This document shows positions 9,626-18,554 of a stretch of DNA of 64,000 nucleotides, piece after piece. Where the stretch lies: positions 1,237-65,236 of the forward strand of contig JBDRRK010000012.1 of assembly GCA_043825775.1 (NCBI GenBank), given 5' to 3'. Each line of letters starts with the position of its first letter. The first letter of the stretch is position 1. Both the position numbers and the translations under genes were made by a program. Source of the DNA: an archaeon (GTDB lineage: Archaea; Nanobdellota; Nanobdellia; SCGC-AAA011-G17; GW2011-AR17). The notes under the pieces were generated by a model. The model saw nothing but the letters and a program-made list of their open reading frames with translations. It did not search any database and was not told the origin of the DNA.

Positions 9626-10572
9626 AACTATCAATAAAAGAATCTAAAAAAATATGCTGGGATTTAGATTTAGGGAAATTCAAGAGTATTAAATTAATAA
9701 AAGGAGGATTAGTTAACTTTAATTTTATTCTCAAAACAGATAAGGGGGAATTTATCATTAGGATGATGGGTCAAAAAATAACTCCTGGAAAACAAAAAAG
9801 ATTAAATTATGAATTTGAGCTTATGGAATTTTTAAATAGAAGCAAGTTTCCATATTTAACTCCTTATCCAATTAAGTCAAATACTAAGAGAATATTACAT
9901 AAAATTAACAATAAAGATTTTTGGGTTTATAAAAAATTACCAGGGAAGTCAAAAACAACTAGTCCAAATCTTCATCAAGTTAAAGAATTGGCTAAAGCCT
10001 TGGCAACATACCATAAATATGTAAAAAATTTTAAAATAAAAAAGAATGGTTTCCCAAAATACCTTAAATGGGTTCTTGAAGAAATAAATAATTGTAATCC
10101 TAAGAAAAATAAAGATAAAATTGAGGATTTAGCATTAAAGGAGAAAGATTTCTTTAAAAAAATAGTTCAGAGGGAAATAAAAAGGAATTATTCTAAGAAT
10201 GTAATAGCATCGCATAGTGATTTTGATGCTTCTAATGTTTTGTTTAAAGGAAATAAGATCATAGGAATTATAGATTTTGATGATTTTGATTATAGTCCAA
10301 AGATAAGGGATATTGCTGTAGCATTAAGAGATTCTTGTACTATTAGAAACAAATTAGATCCAAAAAGGACTAGAATTTTTTTAGATGAATATAAGAAAGT
10401 GAATAAACTGAGTAAAGAAGAAGAAAGTTTAATACCTAATATGATGTTAGCAGAAAATGCAGCTTTTTTTATCTGGGCTTATAGTAAGATGAAAAAAGAG
10501 AAAGAGAATAGATATAAATTTATGAGAGAAATGTCTATTCAGAGTAGAAATCTTTTGGAGAGTTTGAAATGA
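9622..10572 (+). CDS. Phosphotransferase/kinase-like protein (APH/CotS-type fold)
   Basis: 'IIGIIDFDDFDY' Mg-binding DFD-type motif; upstream 'HSDFDASNVLF' catalytic-loop-like segment. Confidence 0.55.
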   Translation: MKLSIKESKKICWDLDLGKFKSIKLIKGGLVNFNFILKTDKGEFIIRMMGQKITPGKQKRLNYEFELMEFLNRSKFPYLTPYPIKSNTKRILHKINNKDFWVYKKLPGKSKTTSPNLHQVKELAKALATYHKYVKNFKIKKNGFPKYLKWVLEEINNCNPKKNKDKIEDLALKEKDFFKKIVQREIKRNYSKNVIASHSDFDASNVLFKGNKIIGIIDFDDFDYSPKIRDIAVALRDSCTIRNKLDPKRTRIFLDEYKKVNKLSKEEESLIPNMMLAENAAFFIWAYSKMKKEKENRYKFMREMSIQSRNLLESLK

Positions 10573-10581
10573 AAATTATAT

Positions 10582-11790
10582 TTATTCTTTAGATATTTTA
10601 AAATACATTAGTACTCCTGCTAAAACTAAAAATCCCCCTAGGTATAAAACCATTTTAGGGCCAAATAGACCTGCAAGAATACCAAAACCTAAATCTGTAA
10701 ATACTAAAGCTAGAGCACCTATCCAAGCACTAGCTGAAAGAATACTTGCCCTGTGTTTACTAGGGATTATTTTATTTTGAATTTCTTTAAATGCTGGTGA
10801 AGTTTTTCCTGCCATATCATAGAGAGCTGTATAAGCAATTAAGATTATAAACAAAAGAGGTAATAATTTGATTGAAGGAATTAAAAACAGAACAAGGGTA
10901 TAAATTAATCCATAAATGATTAGTGAACTTTTATTTCCTCCAAGAAATTTTGTTATTTTTTGGCTGTAGTTTAATTGTAATACTAAAAATATTCCTGCAA
11001 TTGAAAGAGCATAACCAATATAAGAAGGATTTAATCCCATTGAAATAACATAGGGCTGGTATGCATAGTATACTAGACCAACTCCGATTCCCATTAAAAA
11101 TATATTTGCTGTTAACCAAAGAAGAGTTTTATTTTCCTTTACATATTTTATTCCAAACTTTGCATTATTGATTGTTTGTCTAATATCTTGAGTGATATTT
11201 ACTTTTTTTCTTTTGAAATATTCTTCTTTACCAGTAAATAAAATTAGAATGCCAAGTGTAAGGATTATTATTCCATTTGTTAGTAATGCCTTGTCATATC
11301 CATACATTACTAGTAATCCTCCAAGAAAAGGACCTATTATGAATCCAATGTTTGTAATACTACCACTTCTACCAAAAAAATGGTGTAAATGTTTTTCTTT
11401 TTTCTTATGTTTAACTGTATCAACAAACCAAGATTCTAATGCTCCACTCTCTAGAGTATATCCTATTCCTGTTAAGATATGAAGACTTAATAAAACTATA
11501 AAATTTTTAGAAAATAAAATCATACCAAGGAAGGCAAAGCCTAATAGAATATATGCTAAAGCAACTGAAAATTTTCTACCAAATGTATCTGCGATAGCTC
11601 CAGTTGGTATTTCAAAAATGAACATAGTTAAGGAATTAGCAAGGAATAGTAATCCAATTAATGTGAATGATAGGCCTTGGTCTTGGAAGTATAATACCCA
11701 ATAGCCTGCCATAACACCAAAAGCTACCCAGAACAAAAAACCATATAGATAAAATTGTCCAACTATTGGAAGTTCATCTCTAAATTTCAT
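10582..11790 (-). CDS. MFS transporter
   Basis: 402 aa, about 12 TM helices; 'GAIADTFGRK' MFS loop 2-3 motif. Confidence 0.75.
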   Translation of the reverse strand: MKFRDELPIVGQFYLYGFLFWVAFGVMAGYWVLYFQDQGLSFTLIGLLFLANSLTMFIFEIPTGAIADTFGRKFSVALAYILLGFAFLGMILFSKNFIVLLSLHILTGIGYTLESGALESWFVDTVKHKKKEKHLHHFFGRSGSITNIGFIIGPFLGGLLVMYGYDKALLTNGIIILTLGILILFTGKEEYFKRKKVNITQDIRQTINNAKFGIKYVKENKTLLWLTANIFLMGIGVGLVYYAYQPYVISMGLNPSYIGYALSIAGIFLVLQLNYSQKITKFLGGNKSSLIIYGLIYTLVLFLIPSIKLLPLLFIILIAYTALYDMAGKTSPAFKEIQNKIIPSKHRASILSASAWIGALALVFTDLGFGILAGLFGPKMVLYLGGFLVLAGVLMYFKISKE

Positions 11791-11825
11791 TTATTAATTT
11801 GGGATATAATACTTTAAAAACTTTT

Positions 11826-12479
11826 TTATAGAATATTCTCAGTTAAGAAAGGTATTAGTTTCTTTTCAGCTGTTCTAAGATGTTGTTGAGCTGTTGCTTT
11901 TGATATTTTAAGTTCTTTTGCTAGATCATTTAAGTTAACTTTTCTTGGAAATTCATAATATCCTTTTTTTACTGCAAGTTCTATTGTGTTTCTTTGTTTA
12001 TCACTTAGTTTTGGCATGAAATGAGGTAAAAAAATCTCATCAATTTTTGTTTGTGTTATTGATTTTAATTTTATTTCGAATTCTTTTGGAAGTCTTTCTA
12101 GTATTTGTGTTAATGGTTCTTTATCCCAGCAAGCCATTTCCCAGTGTTCTGTTCCATCTGTTTTTTGTATTACTGGTTTTGTTTGGATTATTCTTTTATC
12201 CCATAAAGGGATATAGGCAGCCATCCATCTTGGTTTCTTTTCTAAGGTTAGTATGAAATTACCTTTTATCTCAAATTTCATCACTTGTTTTTTTAGATCT
12301 TTTATGAAAAGCTTTTTGTTTTCTTCATCACCTTGTAGGATATGTGCTTCACTGTAGTAGAAGGCATTGTTTTCTTCCCAGGCATTTACCAAGTAGACAA
12401 AGTCTGTTATCTTGTATTTTTTACAGAGAGGTGCAATAATACAAGTCTTGTGTTTTCCTTCGAAGATTGCTTTCCACAT
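11826..12479 (-). CDS. Putative transcriptional regulator with C-terminal HTH
   Basis: C-terminal 'LNDLAKELKISKATAQQHLRTAEKKLI' HTH (HTH_10/bat-like). Confidence 0.45.
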   Translation of the reverse strand: MWKAIFEGKHKTCIIAPLCKKYKITDFVYLVNAWEENNAFYYSEAHILQGDEENKKLFIKDLKKQVMKFEIKGNFILTLEKKPRWMAAYIPLWDKRIIQTKPVIQKTDGTEHWEMACWDKEPLTQILERLPKEFEIKLKSITQTKIDEIFLPHFMPKLSDKQRNTIELAVKKGYYEFPRKVNLNDLAKELKISKATAQQHLRTAEKKLIPFLTENIL

Positions 12480-12554
12480 ATTAACCTTATATATAAGGTA
12501 TTATTTAAGTGTTTTTATTTTTTGGTTGTAAAATACATACATATAAGGTAAAAA

Positions 12555-13520
12555 TTAGTTTATCTCTCTAGGTAAATAATCCAGAGTGTGTTCTTTTGTG
12601 TATTCCATAAAGTAGTAATCAAAGATAATGTCTGAGAATTTTATTTTTATATCTTCTATAACTTTGTAGAGCTCTTCGTTGTTATCTACTTGAACTTCAA
12701 TTTCATAGTCTGCACCACCAACTGCTTCAACTGTATGGATTATATTTGGGTGATCTTCTGCATACCTTAAAAGAGAAGTGAATTTTTCTGGAGAGTAGTT
12801 TTTTAGTTTGAAATGAACCTTGAAGTATAACATTCCTAGTTTGTTTATATCAAGAAAAGGAGTGAAGCCAATAATAACTTCGTCTTTAATCATCTTGTTT
12901 ACCCTATCTCTAATCAGTTTAGGATGTTGTTTTAGTTTTTTTGCAAGATCAATGTATTTTATTCTTCCATTGTTTAGTAAAATGTCTAGGATTTTTATAT
13001 CTAATTTGTCTAATTTTGGTTTTTGTTTTCTTTCTCCCATCATTAATGAAGAATTACCTCTTTTTTCTAGTAAATATCCCCTTTTATAGTGCCAAAGCTT
13101 TGTCATTGTAGAAACCCAGTAATCTTGTATGTATTCTCCATATTTTGTTTTAAGTTCAGTAAGAAATTTATCATATTCAAATATATTTGGGGAGAAGCTC
13201 ATGGTGGTTAGGTTCCATTTACCTTCAACTTTTGTAACCCAGTTTACTTTTTTTTGTAGGTATTGTATGATTTCCTTTTCTTTTTCTGGAGTTAGGTTTG
13301 TGAATTTGTAATATGTTCTAAACATTAAGTATCCAAGGTTTAATGTGTTAACTAGAGTCATGTAGTATCTAATGATTCCTTGTTTCTCTAGTTTTTCAAG
13401 TCTGTATCTGACTACTTCTCTAGATACCTTTGTTTTTTTTGCTAGACTTGATTCTGTTATTCTTGCATTTAGTTCAAGTTCATATAATATCCTTTTATCC
13501 TTTTTGTCTAATTTTATCAT
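12555..13520 (-). CDS. Tandem Lrp/AsnC-family transcriptional regulator (two HTH+RAM modules)
   Basis: Two repeats of the Lrp-type HTH: 'DKKDKRILYELELNARITESSLAKKTKVSREVVRYRLEKLEKQGII' and 'DKLDIKILDILLNNGRIKYIDLAKKLKQHPKLIRDRVNKMIKDEVI'. Confidence 0.7.
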   Translation of the reverse strand: MIKLDKKDKRILYELELNARITESSLAKKTKVSREVVRYRLEKLEKQGIIRYYMTLVNTLNLGYLMFRTYYKFTNLTPEKEKEIIQYLQKKVNWVTKVEGKWNLTTMSFSPNIFEYDKFLTELKTKYGEYIQDYWVSTMTKLWHYKRGYLLEKRGNSSLMMGERKQKPKLDKLDIKILDILLNNGRIKYIDLAKKLKQHPKLIRDRVNKMIKDEVIIGFTPFLDINKLGMLYFKVHFKLKNYSPEKFTSLLRYAEDHPNIIHTVEAVGGADYEIEVQVDNNEELYKVIEDIKIKFSDIIFDYYFMEYTKEHTLDYLPREIN

Positions 13521-13712
13521 ATTTTATACAAATAACACTTTATTTATATACTTTTCGTTTCAATTGTGTAAAATTTGGTCATAAGTTTTAAATAGGTAGG
13601 AATACCACCAAGTAGTAACAAAAGAGGTGAATAATAACAAATATCCCATACATATAAGGTAAAAATTAGTTATATTTAGTTAATTACTAAATTAGTATAA
13701 AATGGGTGTGAG

Positions 13713-13985
13713 GTGATCGAAATGGCAGGAAATAAAACAAGAGATGGAATAAAACTTTCAAAGATTGTTAGCTCTTTGGGATCAATTCAAGGAATGGATG
13801 TTAGACCGGGAAGAAATCATCCTTATGTTGCTAGGATGGAAGGATATCAAGGAAGTTGTCCTATTGCAACTAGCACAGATGTAAAGAAGATGGTTGTACC
13901 ATGGTTGAAAAAAGCTACTGGAATTGATGATAATAAAGGAATGTATCAATCTTTGAAAAAAGGAGAATGGGCTTATGCAAGTTAG
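13713..13985 (+). CDS. Hypothetical small protein (weak HicA/YcfA-like resemblance)
   Basis: 90 aa; the 'GRNHPYVAR…VVPWLKKATGI' pattern is loosely HicA-like; overlaps the next gene by 11 nt. Confidence 0.3.
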   Translation: MIEMAGNKTRDGIKLSKIVSSLGSIQGMDVRPGRNHPYVARMEGYQGSCPIATSTDVKKMVVPWLKKATGIDDNKGMYQSLKKGEWAYAS

Positions 13986-15141
13986 AGGGATTGTAGATAA
14001 GATAGGAGAAAAAATGAGAAAAAGAAAACTTAATCAAGAACAAGAAAGAGATGTAGCACTTTCATATTTATGTGGAGTGAGTACTGATTTTATTAGTTCG
14101 AGGTATGATGTTTCAGTTTCAACTATAGGAAAATATGTAAAAGAAAGAGATGATCCATTGGCAAACCATTATAGACAGACAAATCCATGGAATAAGGATT
14201 TAAATGCTGCTCATTTGTGGCTTTATTTTGGATGTGAAGGTGTAGAACCTACTGGGCTTATTGATCAAGAAAGAGATAGAGTTGTTTTTGATATGGTTGA
14301 TGAAGCAGTCTTTATTCCTGGAATTGAGAGTATTGTAGAAAGAACTTCATTGGATGAATATGTTGCAAGGAAGAATCCTTATGATAATTTAATGACTGCA
14401 CTTAGAGGAAATTTAGATGCTAATCGGAGTGTTAGGAATGGGCTTATTGAAGTACTAGAATCTGTTTATGAACCCGGAAAAAAACTTTCATTAAGAGATG
14501 TTTTTGAAGAAGTTGGTGATAGAGTTATTGATAAAGTTATTGAAGGTGGTTTAACTTGGACAGATTTGAAAAAAGGACTTGTTCATGAAGCCTTAGATAC
14601 ATTAACAGAAAGAGAGAAAAAAATAATTGGTGATAGATTTGGTTTAGATGGTTATGATGTACCTAAAGATCAAAAAGAGATAGGAACTACTTATGGATTT
14701 TCTCATGAAAGAATAAGACAAGTTGAAGCAAGGGCCTTACGAAGATTAAGACATCCTTTAAGATATAATAAATTCAGAATTTTATCTGATTTGTCTACTG
14801 ATGAGGATGTTAGAGAATTTCAATATCAAAATGAAAGAAGAGAGATAAGAGATGAATTGTATTCAGAAATTAAGGCTGAAGTTGAAAGTGATTTCCTTGA
14901 TGATAAAAAATTCAAAGAGACTTATGGTATGTCTAGGAATGTAGCAAATAAACCTATTGAAGATTTGGAGCTATCTGTTAGGACTTTTAGTTGTTTACAG
15001 GGTAAAGGAATAAAATACATTAGTGATTTTGCAGATATTACAGAAGTAGACTTATTAAAAACTAAAAATTTTGGAAGGAAATCCTTGAATGAAATTAAAG
15101 AAGAACTAAGTAGATTAGGAGTGACCTTAAAGAATAGATAA
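13975..15141 (+). CDS. Multi-HTH regulator with a sigma-70 region-4-like domain and an RNAP alpha-subunit-CTD-like C-terminus
   Basis: 'TLTEREKKIIGDRFGLDGYDVPKDQKEIGTTYGFSHERIRQVEARALRRLRHP' matches the sigma-70 region 4.2 consensus. 'LELSVRTFSCLQGKGIKYISDFADITEVDLLKTKNFGRKSLNEIKEELSRLGVTL' matches bacterial alpha-CTD almost residue for residue. Confidence 0.6.
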   Translation: MQVRGIVDKIGEKMRKRKLNQEQERDVALSYLCGVSTDFISSRYDVSVSTIGKYVKERDDPLANHYRQTNPWNKDLNAAHLWLYFGCEGVEPTGLIDQERDRVVFDMVDEAVFIPGIESIVERTSLDEYVARKNPYDNLMTALRGNLDANRSVRNGLIEVLESVYEPGKKLSLRDVFEEVGDRVIDKVIEGGLTWTDLKKGLVHEALDTLTEREKKIIGDRFGLDGYDVPKDQKEIGTTYGFSHERIRQVEARALRRLRHPLRYNKFRILSDLSTDEDVREFQYQNERREIRDELYSEIKAEVESDFLDDKKFKETYGMSRNVANKPIEDLELSVRTFSCLQGKGIKYISDFADITEVDLLKTKNFGRKSLNEIKEELSRLGVTLKNR

Positions 15142-15193
15142 TTTTTTTCTTTTTTTTAGTTAATTTTATTAATCTAATAAACTATGAAGAAAT

Positions 15194-16375
15194 ATGAAAA
15201 ACCCCTATAAAGCAAATATATGGAAGATGTATGTATTCAAGTTTTTGTCTAGTTTACATTTTTTTGGTGGGGTTTTAGTTCCTTTTTTCCTTGATTGGGG
15301 TGGAATCAGTTTTACTTGGGTTATGATATTGATGTCGTTCTATTTGATATCTATATTTTTCTTAGAAGTTCCTACAGGAGCTGTTGCGGATTATCTTGGA
15401 AGAAAGACTTCATTAATATTTGCAGCAATAGCTACTTTTATTGGTGTAATATTTTATTCAATCTATCCTAGCTTGATTTTATTTTTTATAGCTGAGTTTT
15501 TTTGGGCAATGGGTACTGCATTATTATCTGGAGCTGATAAGGCTTTGGTTTATGATAGTATGAAGAAGGCAAAAATTTTAAAGAAATCAAAAAAGATATT
15601 TGCAAGATTACAAACAGTTAGTTTAGTTTCTATAATGGTTGCTGCCCCAATTGGAAGTTTAATTGCAGCCACACTTGGTTTGAGATATGCTATGTTATTG
15701 TTTGCAGTTCCTGTATTTTTTGCAGCTTTAATTGGTTTGACATTAAAAGAGCCAAAAACTACAAAGAAAGTGGAGTCAAAGAGGTATATCAAGGTTTTAA
15801 CAAGTGGTATTACTTATTTTAAGAAACATAGAGTATTGCAGATGTTGACTTTTGATAAGGCTGTTATTTATGTCCTTGTTTTCTTTTTGATTTGGCTGTA
15901 TCAACCCTTACTTACTCAGCAGAATGTTCCTATTGTTTATTTTGGTTTTATACTTGCAGCAATTTTAGGGGCAGAGATATTGGTATTGAATTCCTTTGGG
16001 TTTTGGGAGAAACTTGTTGGAGGTAAGAAGAGGTATTTGATGATTACTGCTTTGTTGTCTGGTGTTTGTTTTATAATATTGGGATTTAATACAATTGTAT
16101 TTATTACTATAATACTTTTCTTGATTATTATGGGTTTTGGTCTTACTAGATCTGTTTTGTTTGATAATTATATGAATAGGTATATTAAATCAGAGAATAG
16201 GGCTACTGTCTTGTCAACTACTGAAATGATAAGTAATTTTGGTAGTGCTATTGCCTATCCTTTGGTTGGATTATCTGTTGAGTGGAGTTTGAATTATACT
16301 TTTGTTATTATTGGAGTGTTGATTATTATATTTGCATTAGTATCAAGGGTTAAAGAAGAACATTTGATAGATTAG
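15194..16375 (+). CDS. MFS transporter
   Basis: 393 aa polytopic; 'GAVADYLGRK' MFS motif. Confidence 0.75.
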   Translation: MKNPYKANIWKMYVFKFLSSLHFFGGVLVPFFLDWGGISFTWVMILMSFYLISIFFLEVPTGAVADYLGRKTSLIFAAIATFIGVIFYSIYPSLILFFIAEFFWAMGTALLSGADKALVYDSMKKAKILKKSKKIFARLQTVSLVSIMVAAPIGSLIAATLGLRYAMLLFAVPVFFAALIGLTLKEPKTTKKVESKRYIKVLTSGITYFKKHRVLQMLTFDKAVIYVLVFFLIWLYQPLLTQQNVPIVYFGFILAAILGAEILVLNSFGFWEKLVGGKKRYLMITALLSGVCFIILGFNTIVFITIILFLIIMGFGLTRSVLFDNYMNRYIKSENRATVLSTTEMISNFGSAIAYPLVGLSVEWSLNYTFVIIGVLIIIFALVSRVKEEHLID

Positions 16376-16477
16376 ATACAATCCACCTTTAGGTGGAAGT
16401 GTTTAAATATTTACTTTGGAAACAAAAGAGTCAAGGTCTTACTTCCCTTTTATAACAAAACCTTTATATATATTATT

Positions 16478-17272
16478 TTAAGTTAACTTTTCTATTAATA
16501 TATTCCAAGATTCTTTTATATCTTCACAACCTAATACTTCTAAGCTTAAGAATCCAGAATAATTAATTTTTTTAAGGTGAGACAAAAGATTATCTAAATT
16601 TAAATCTCCCTTTTTATTAAAACCATAATGAGCACTTCCAAATTTTGATGCATTGTGTAGATGTATATTCTTTATTGACTCACAATTTTCTGATAAGAAA
16701 GAGAAAAATATGTCATCATTTTGAACACAGTGTCCTACATCAAGAGTGAAATTAATTTCTGGTATTTCTTGTTTTAATCTTTTTAGTTCTGTTAAAAAAA
16801 CAGGATAAGATATTTGAGTACTTTTTTTCATAGAAATGTTTTCTATTGTTACTGGAACTTTATCTTTTGAATAGTTTATTATTTCTTTAAAATTTTTTAT
16901 TAATCTTGTTCTTACTTCATCCTCATTAAAGAATAGAGGATAAGCACCAGCATGAACTGTAATAAGGCCTGCTTTTAGTTTATAAGCTAAATCAATTGTT
17001 TTTTTCAATATTAAAATAGTTGCTTGATTAATATCATTATGTAGTGAGATTAATGATAGGTTTATGAAAGGGGCATGTATTATTATATTATAATCATAAA
17101 GCTCTTTTTTTAACCAGTTTATTTCTTCATCGCTTAGATTAATTTTTTCAGTCCAAATTTCTACATGGTCCACATTTTGAAATGATTTTATTTCATCAAT
17201 ATCTTTTTTCCATGTAGTCATATCTTGAGTTTTAATATGTAAAAAAAGACCCTTACTGAATGTTGTTTTCAT
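16478..17272 (-). CDS. AP endonuclease family 2 / endonuclease IV-like TIM-barrel protein
   Basis: Motif series 'IHAPFINL', 'TVHAG', 'IENI', 'LDVGHC', 'HLHNAS', 'GSAHYG' parallels the EndoIV metal-ligand motifs (HAPY, HxG, LEN, D.CH, HLND, DRH). Confidence 0.55.
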   Translation of the reverse strand: MKTTFSKGLFLHIKTQDMTTWKKDIDEIKSFQNVDHVEIWTEKINLSDEEINWLKKELYDYNIIIHAPFINLSLISLHNDINQATILILKKTIDLAYKLKAGLITVHAGAYPLFFNEDEVRTRLIKNFKEIINYSKDKVPVTIENISMKKSTQISYPVFLTELKRLKQEIPEINFTLDVGHCVQNDDIFFSFLSENCESIKNIHLHNASKFGSAHYGFNKKGDLNLDNLLSHLKKINYSGFLSLEVLGCEDIKESWNILIEKLT

Positions 17273-17273
17273 T

Positions 17274-18470
17274 TTAATTAAATTTTTTGAACAAAGAACT
17301 TGAAAAAATCTTATGCCTTATATGTGATTTTAACAAATGCTTAGTTGGATTTGCTCCTTTTTCTTTTTCTAATTGTGATAACATTATCTTTTTAAGTTTT
17401 ATGACTTCTTTAGTTATTTCCCCAGAAGGATCATAAAAAACATGAAAACTAGGGGAAATTAAATTTTGATAGAGACCAGGATAAAAATTTCCCTGGTTTA
17501 TAATATATCCAGGTAATCCCACTATTACTCCTCCATTTACTTCCCTTTGTGTAGGCACATCATATCTAAATACTTTTCCATCAAATCCCTGTTGAGGACA
17601 TATTGTATAAGGAAAATTTCTCGCTTTATAATCATTTAATACTAAAATACTATCTTCTTCTCTTTCTAATTTTTCTTCTAAACCCTTAACCATTTTAGAT
17701 AGAGTGTCTCTATCAAAAAAATGTAAGCTTATAGAAAAGTTAGTTCCTTGCACTTGATTTTTTTGACTAAAAATTTCAGCTTCATCTCTCAATTTAGCAA
17801 ATAGTCTTATTCTTTTTAAAAATATTTGCCTGTCTTGTTCAGAAAATATCCTGGTGCCATCTATTTCTTCTAAATCTGGAATTTCTGTAATAACCAGAGC
17901 ATCGATATCTGATGAACCTCCATTTTGAGAACTCCTCACATTATAAAAAGGACCATAACTCATAGACCCTCCAATTATTATGGTTTGAGCTTGATTTTCA
18001 AAAGTGGCTTTTAATTCTTCCATTATATAATATCTTTTGATTGTGGCTTCAACACTTTCTACAAATGAAGGTTGTTGTTTTCCATATATATGACGTTTTT
18101 GGGTAAATAAATATAAGGGTAAATTAGGTTTTATACTTTGCATAACATTTCTTAGTTCTTCTCCAAATTTAGTTATACTTAATCCGTTTATATGATAAAA
18201 ATTATATACCCCTTCTAAAAAAGAGGCTAATAAACTATGAGTGTTATTTCCATTGTCGGTTTGGGGTATTTGATTAATTAAACTAATAAACCTCATTTGC
18301 CAATTTTCTTCATTAATTCCTCGATTTAATTCTTCAGAAGATTTTTCTAATTTTGGATTTATTATTCCTTCTAAATCCTCTTGAGTTTCTCCCATTTGTG
18401 ATTTTTTAAATTTTAATGATTTATAAGGTTTGAGAGTATATAATCTATCTTTGAAAGTGTTTACTTTCAT
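17274..18470 (-). CDS. Nucleotidyltransferase-domain protein (hypothetical)
   Basis: 'GGSMSYGPFYNVRSSQNGGSSDIDALVI' Pol-beta-type NTase motif; start/stop adjoins the downstream gene. Confidence 0.4.
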   Translation of the reverse strand: MKVNTFKDRLYTLKPYKSLKFKKSQMGETQEDLEGIINPKLEKSSEELNRGINEENWQMRFISLINQIPQTDNGNNTHSLLASFLEGVYNFYHINGLSITKFGEELRNVMQSIKPNLPLYLFTQKRHIYGKQQPSFVESVEATIKRYYIMEELKATFENQAQTIIIGGSMSYGPFYNVRSSQNGGSSDIDALVITEIPDLEEIDGTRIFSEQDRQIFLKRIRLFAKLRDEAEIFSQKNQVQGTNFSISLHFFDRDTLSKMVKGLEEKLEREEDSILVLNDYKARNFPYTICPQQGFDGKVFRYDVPTQREVNGGVIVGLPGYIINQGNFYPGLYQNLISPSFHVFYDPSGEITKEVIKLKKIMLSQLEKEKGANPTKHLLKSHIRHKIFSSSLFKKFN

Positions 18471-18499
18471 AAAAAGGACTCAATGCTTTACTCCCTACT

Positions 18500-18523
18500 T
18501 ATAACAAAACCTTTATATATATT
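18500..18523 (+). promoter_or_regulatory. BRE/TATA-like promoter element 'tataacaaaacctttatatatatt' upstream of ppsA
   Basis: A-rich BRE + TATA about 32 nt upstream of ppsA ATG; an identical 24-mer is found at 16451-16474. Confidence 0.4.
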
Positions 18524-18554
18524 CTAACATAATATTTAATTAAAAGAGGTAAAG

